A DNA stretch of 64,000 nt, from positions 24,118,001-24,182,000 of the forward strand of contig CATNEN010000001.1 in NCBI GenBank assembly GCA_950097015.1, given 5' to 3'. This DNA is from Macrostomum hystrix. Its lineage: Eukaryota > Animalia > Platyhelminthes. Shown one piece after another: positions 58,136 to 64,000 of this stretch (its first letter is position 1; every line of letters starts with the position of its first letter). The position numbers were made by a program, and so were the translations under genes. The notes under the pieces are model-generated. The model did no database searches and was not told the DNA's origin. It saw only the letters and a list, made by a program, of their open reading frames with translations.

Positions 58136-61100
58136 GATTTTAACAAAAATATCTAGCTGATATTCTTAAGAGAAGAGATGATGCAGCGGAGATGAGAATC
58201 AAGAGACAAGACATGTGCCTGAAAATTAAGTCATTTTATCTTTCCATGGAAATAAAAAAATGGTTCACTTTAAAAAAATACAAGTAATTAGTTGCGGACA
58301 AAATCCGACTGCAGCAATAAAAGGCAGGCAATCCAGAATACATTTAATTTTAATTTTCGTCTCCACAATGAGCCCCCGCCTTTGATTCCCAGCGGAGAAA
58401 ACACAAGTCCCACAAATCTCCAAGGCTTTGGCCGCACGAAAGGTGGGGAATCGGCCTCCTAGACGCTGGACACAGTCGGTTCATTAGCAATATTGGGAGC
58501 ACTGAAGCCTGTGCTTGGAGACAGGCCGCATGATGCCCCTATTTGATTGCAATCCCGCCCGCAGCAGACGCCCAGATTGGGTATTCAAACCAATGCACAA
58601 ACTCCACGCCTGCGCCTGCAGCCTACTTTTTAATCATCTCCCCTCGGCAACGTCGGCATAGTCGCATTTTCCGCTCCTTTTGCCGCCGAACCGTTGCGAT
58701 GATTAAAGGAGACCCGGCGGCAGATGCTGACTACTCGCTCACTGACTTGCTCAACTGCAAAGAGTGCTCAAACTAATTCCCAGGAGAAATCCCATATCCT
58801 ATAATCAAGCCTTTTTCCCCAAGTGCTCAGTCGGGGTCGCAATTTCAACAATGCCCGGCGATTGTTGCCTGATCCCATGGGAGTTTTTCCTCGAGTGCAG
58901 CTGCGCCCCACAGGAGACAGTGTCACAAGTGTATTACCCCCAGCAACTCGCCCCTTCTGTAATCGCGATCTAACTATTTTTTAGCTAATCGAGTTTCGAG
59001 TGCAAGGCTAGCAAGTCTTGCCTGAGCCTTGAGCACAGTCCGTTTCCTAAAATTCCTTCTCATTTCTTAGGTTTGTTGCACGTTGGAGCAATTCTCATAT
59101 ATACGAGTGCATTTTAGAAGTAAATATTTACTTTATAGTCATCTAATTATCCCATCTGCGTTGACCGATTACCAAAGCCAAAGTTTTTACCGTCTTTCTA
59201 CTCTTGCTGCAACACTATATGCTCAAATCTGCGAGCATTCTCGCAACGGCGCTATCAGCAACAACAACAACTAAACAACAAAAAAATAACAACAAACAAC
59301 AACAAAGCACCAATGACTATAACAACATAAAAATGACTAAAATCTGAATGGGAAAATGTTTCTACACAGGTGACAAATTGTCTAATTTGTAACTTGAGAT
59401 TGTAGAAATTTCCCAGTTGAAAAATATCCTCATTCAGCTGGAACGAGTTTGTTCTCCCCTCAGTTGTCAAATCTATTCCCCCTCCCTGCATGGCGCAAGT
59501 TGCATGCATGGCGACAGAAAATAGATGTTAAGTGAGAATGTTGCTTCGCCATTTCATTTGATTTCAAACAAAACCCTAAAGGCTGCATTTGTTGTATGTA
59601 ACGTGACTCCACCTTTCTACAAAAGTACGCGCGTAGTTTTTATGTCATTCGTACTTGTCCCGATATGTAAATGCTCTCTATCTAGTACTGTTTTAGCTGT
59701 TCAGTTCTTTCTAAGAAAGCCGTGACTTGAATTCGCGCGTAAACAAAATAAGCCATGAATCCAGTGTGACAGAAACTGCAAGTTTGCATGGATTCCAATG
59801 AAGGCTTAAATGAATGGAAATAGTGATAGATAGTTCATTTTTGCAGCAGAAAATGTTAAACAACAATATAAATAATGAGCTCTTCAGCCCAATTAGAGGT
59901 CAGATTGGAGTCTGAGCATAGCAGGCAGAGTTGCTGGCGCACACGCGCACCCTATTAATTATGAATGCAAGACAGCTAAGTTTATGAGAGCATTTTTTCA
60001 TAGTGGCATTGTAGTGCCTGTGTTTCTCAGGTCGGCTGCTCACCAAGGCTGTTAGGCTGTTGTGTTTGAGGCCGGTTTGTTTGGCTCGGCCTTGGCCTCG
60101 CCCTTTCTCTCCCTCCTCCCCCGGCCCTGCTCAGGGTGCCCTGTGCCGCCATCTGATTGGCTGGGCGCGGGCATCGTCTGTCAACCCTTACCCCAGCCCT
60201 GCATGGCTTTGCCCCTCCCGCCAATCAGCTCTGTGTAGCTTTGCCCGTCCACCCGCCAGCGCGTACAACCCTACCCCTCCCTGCGCGCTGGCGGCTTGAC
60301 TCTGATGTGCACCGCCTCCCCTGTCTGCCCCCCTTGCTGTCAATATCTGCCCGTGCCGGGGCAACCGCGCTCGCTCCGGCGAACTTCAAGATTCCAGCCG
60401 TAAAGACGGTCTCTTACTGCGAAGTATCAAGTTATTTCATACAAATAAACTATATATGTACTCAAGCAAGAGAATGCTTTGATGGCCCTTGAGTTGCAAT
60501 GGGTTAGTATCCAAGCTAATGAGTGACTTGATGACAAGTGACGAGAGAAAGAGTGACAGACAGAAAGAGTGACACTTCAGAAAGAGTGACAGACAGAAAG
60601 ATTGATAGGCAGAAAGAGTATCAGGCAATGAGACAGACAAGGACACGGATTTTGACGATGTTGAGTTAATTATAGTACAAAACCTGACTCAGACACGATA
60701 TATTTGTCTCGGTAAGTATTTACCCAAAGCCCGCATTGCCTCATTTAAAATGGACGGACGCTTTTGAATACCAATTCATGAAGCACAGTGCTAGGGACGA
60801 AGACAAATGAGTTGATCTACAATAAATTTACCTGAGCAATCATCCATCCTCATGGGAATTATGAGACAACAATGTAATATCACTTTGGGTAATATTGAGA
60901 CAAGAAATATCAATTTAGATTAATAGGGAGAAATGAATAATACAGCATAACTTGAAGCTTGATTAAGCACACAGACGCATTATCAGACAAAATTATTCTG
61001 CTATACAGGAAACGCAAGGCATTAAGAAATTGCATTAATTGTGCGAAACAACTGATGCACTCAGCATTCGTAAAAAGTATGTTTGATGTAACATCAATGC

Positions 61101-61204
61101 CCCGTCTCACCAGACTTCAAAGCTGGGCCGCCACATGGAGCGCCTCACGAAACATCAAAGATGCGCCGCTAAATAATGCCATAGATCACTTCACAAGACA
61201 GCAA

Positions 61205-61812
61205 AAAGATAAGCCGCCACATGATGTCATAGAACACCTCACCAGACATCAAAGATAAGCCGCCACATGATGCCATAGAACACCTCACCAGACATCAAAG
61301 ATAAGCCGCCACATGATGTCATAGAACACCTCACCAGACATCAAAGATAAGCCGCCACATGATGCCATAGAACACCTCACCAGACATCAAAGATAAGCCG
61401 CCACATGATGCCATAGAACACCTCACCAGACATCAAAGATAAGCCGCCACATGATGTCATAGAACACCTCACCAGACATCAAAGATAAGCCGCCACATGA
61501 TGTCATAGAACACCTCACCAGACATCAAAGATAAGCCGCCACATGATGCCATAGAACACCTCACCAGACATCAAAGATAAGCCGCCACATGATGTCATAG
61601 AACACCTCACCAGACATCAAAGATAAGCCGCCACATGATGCCATAGAACACCTCACCAGACATCAAAGATAAGCCGCCACATGATGCCATAGAACACCTC
61701 ACCAGACATCAAAGATAAGCCGCCACATGATGCCATAGAACACCTCACCAGACATCAAAGATAAGCCGCCACATGATGCCATAGAACACCTCACTAGACA
61801 TCAAAGATATGC
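61205..61812. repeat. 46-bp minisatellite
   Basis: aaagataagccgccacatgatg(c/t)catagaacacctcaccagacatc repeated about 13 times. Confidence 0.95.
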
Positions 61813-61946
61813 CGACTTGGTGGGAATTGAGTACTAAAACGAGGGCGCAAAAGGAATATCATGTGTTAATCGCCGCGTCTTCGAGTCTATGCATGTACAT
61901 CTAAGCGAGCAGTTTCAAAGTGAGGAAGGTCAAATCGCAGTCGAGG

Positions 61947-62767
61947 TCAGAGAACCGGCGGTATGCCAGCAAGAGAGCTGTGCCGCCGGTGCTGCCGATT
62001 CAGCAGACAGCGGGGCACGGTTTCCTGGATCATGTCCGTGATGGAGTTTCTGCCCAGCCCTGGCTGAGGCATGACAATGCGGCCAGGGTCGTGCAGATGG
62101 CACTGGGACTGATGCAACTGCTGCTGCTGCTGCTGCTGTTGCAACTGCCGGAAACGCATCGGACTAGCTGGCGAATAGTAGCAGCTGGAGCAGCCGTTAC
62201 CATGGAAACTGCCGCCAGATATGTGCATTGGATGGCCGTGTTGAAAGAAGCTGTGACTATCAATGTTGTTATTATGAATGTTGCTGTTGTTGTTGTTGCA
62301 GTTGGCGCCATTGCCAGAGTAGATGCGAGCATAGTGCGAGGTGGTGCAGCAGGAGTAGAAGAACAGACCGACCCCACAGAGCAGCAGGATGGTGCCAGCA
62401 GCCAAGGTGGCTCTATGCCCGCTGACCAAGGCCGCCCAGCCCGTGAGGCCGGCGCCAACTGCCAGGCAGGCCAGGATGAGGCAGATGAGGCTGGCGAACA
62501 ATGCCCTGCGGCATTCTGTGGCGCTGCAGAGACGACGGACGCGGCCGCCACCGCCTCGACGGGGCAGCTTCCTTCGGCGCTGCTGCTGTTTGTAGGGAAA
62601 GTGGGCCTCAAGGCTGCTGGTCTGCTGCGGCTGCGGGATGCTGATTCTGTCGCACTCGATGATGACATCCTGCTGGAGCTGGTGCTGCTGATGCTGCAGG
62701 TGCTGCTGCTGCGGCTGACGAGGATAATTTGGATGCAGCTGCTGTAGCTGATGCGGCGCCGGCGACA

Positions 62768-62806
<39 letters not shown>

Positions 62807-62891
62807 ACTGCGGCAGATCCGGCGGCGGGAAAGGAAACTTGGTGCCAACGTGGGCGTCCTTCATGGAGCCCTGGGGCTGCAGACGCATCAT
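61947..62891 (-). CDS. Hypothetical polyQ-rich protein with two predicted TM helices, 314 aa
   Basis: GC-rich ORF with polyQ and polyN tracts; basic RRRKLPRR followed by the hydrophobic hairpin ALFASLICLILACLAVGAGLTGW / TLAAGTILLLCGVGLFFYSCC. No family recognised. Confidence 0.55.
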
Positions 62892-64000
62892 TGCTGGCAG
62901 GGCTGGAGGCTATGGACGGCGGTGCTGAACTGGGCCGGGCGAGAGGGCTGGCGAGCCGCTGAGGACAGAACTTTATCCGACCGCCCTCTCTCGTCCCCTG
63001 CTTTGTGTCCTTGTGTCTCACTCCCTCCCTGTCTCTCTCCGGGTGCGTGTCTCCAACGGGCCGAGATTATCCCTAGCCTGATTGGTCCGTTTGGCGATGG
63101 GATCTATCGGCGGTTTGTGACCGGGGGGGGGGATTCCGCAGCGGGGCTGCCCTGGCTGCATGACGGCTGCTAACCTGCTCTGCGGCAGTTTCTTCTTTTT
63201 TCACAAACAGCCGCCATTCACACAGGCACACAATGGGCCTTCAGCATTGCTGAGCTGAGCGATACCGGTCTGCAAATCCTGATGCTTGAATTTTAAGATT
63301 TCATCGGATAGGGAGGGATAAAAATGTATTGGGAGTGAGGAAAAAAGTCCCCCCGACTGGCTAGGAAGGAGTGGGATGTGAAGTGGGTGGGGATAAAAGG
63401 TATACTAAAGAATCCCTGGGAAGCAAGAAGTAAAATGAAATTTGCTTCTGCAAGCCGCCGGCCTTCCAATATCCCTTTTTAGACATCTCCCTACGAGTGG
63501 CGCCACTCCAGAGGTCGCTGGGAGCTCAAGTCGCTTGAAAGCGTAATCCCTTTTCTGAGAGTCGGAAAAGACGGCATGACAGAGCACGAAGGGAAAAGGA
63601 TTTGGGATTATTTCGACACTCTGGGAGAAGTTCGATAGTTTCGTTTAGTCGTCGAAATCTTCGATTGGAGAGACTTTGAGCAGCTGGGCATTGATTTGCT
63701 CAAATCTCAACTCCATTAGTAAATTTCCAGGCCTGGCCACAAAGAGACCACGCCAGGATTCTGAAAAGGGGATAATTATCCTGTCTTAGGGTGTAAATTA
63801 AAGTTAATTAAAAATGAGGATTTTGAGTGCAGAATCTGTCAAAGACAAACTGTGCATTATCCCATATCTCCGCACTAAACTGACTCATCGGAGATGATCG
63901 TTGGCTTTGATAAGTGTACTTTTTTTCGCTTGGAAGCAAATAGGCCTAACTCAAGCCATTGGTGCACAGACTGATTTGCATCTGCTCGACCTCCTTCACA

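Noticed and set aside
14874-61812. Regular 20-46 bp arrays as CRISPR arrays
   Set aside because: Head-to-tail repeats with no unique spacers, no cas genes, and a eukaryotic context.

Overview
Eukaryotic (animal) genomic DNA with spliceosomal introns, CAG/polyQ-rich coding sequence and very dense intronic minisatellites. The style suggests a free-living flatworm such as Macrostomum; this is an inference, not verified. Genes reconstructed by hand: the 5' part of a UBE3C/UBE3B-like E3 ligase (minus, 6 exons visible); a TMEM179B-like gene (plus, 4 coding exons, long low-complexity tail); two tandem RPL10A/uL1 genes with nucleotide-identical coding exons but unrelated introns and UTRs; a Nup214 with a single coding exon whose FG domain is mostly GLFS/GLLS repeats; an intact Crypton-type (DUF3504) tyrosine recombinase with candidate recombination-site repeats; a complete LRR-TM-TIR Toll-like receptor; and a polyQ two-TM ORF. 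Mobile DNA includes a solo LTR, a tRNA-derived SINE plus a fragment, a probable MITE and an LTR-element remnant encoding a CXXC zinc finger. The most notable structures are exon-restricted homogenisation of the RPL10A pair, inverted minisatellites bracketing the in-frame IQ-motif exon of UBE3C, and an acceptor/outron-like, possibly operonic, organisation of the housekeeping genes.
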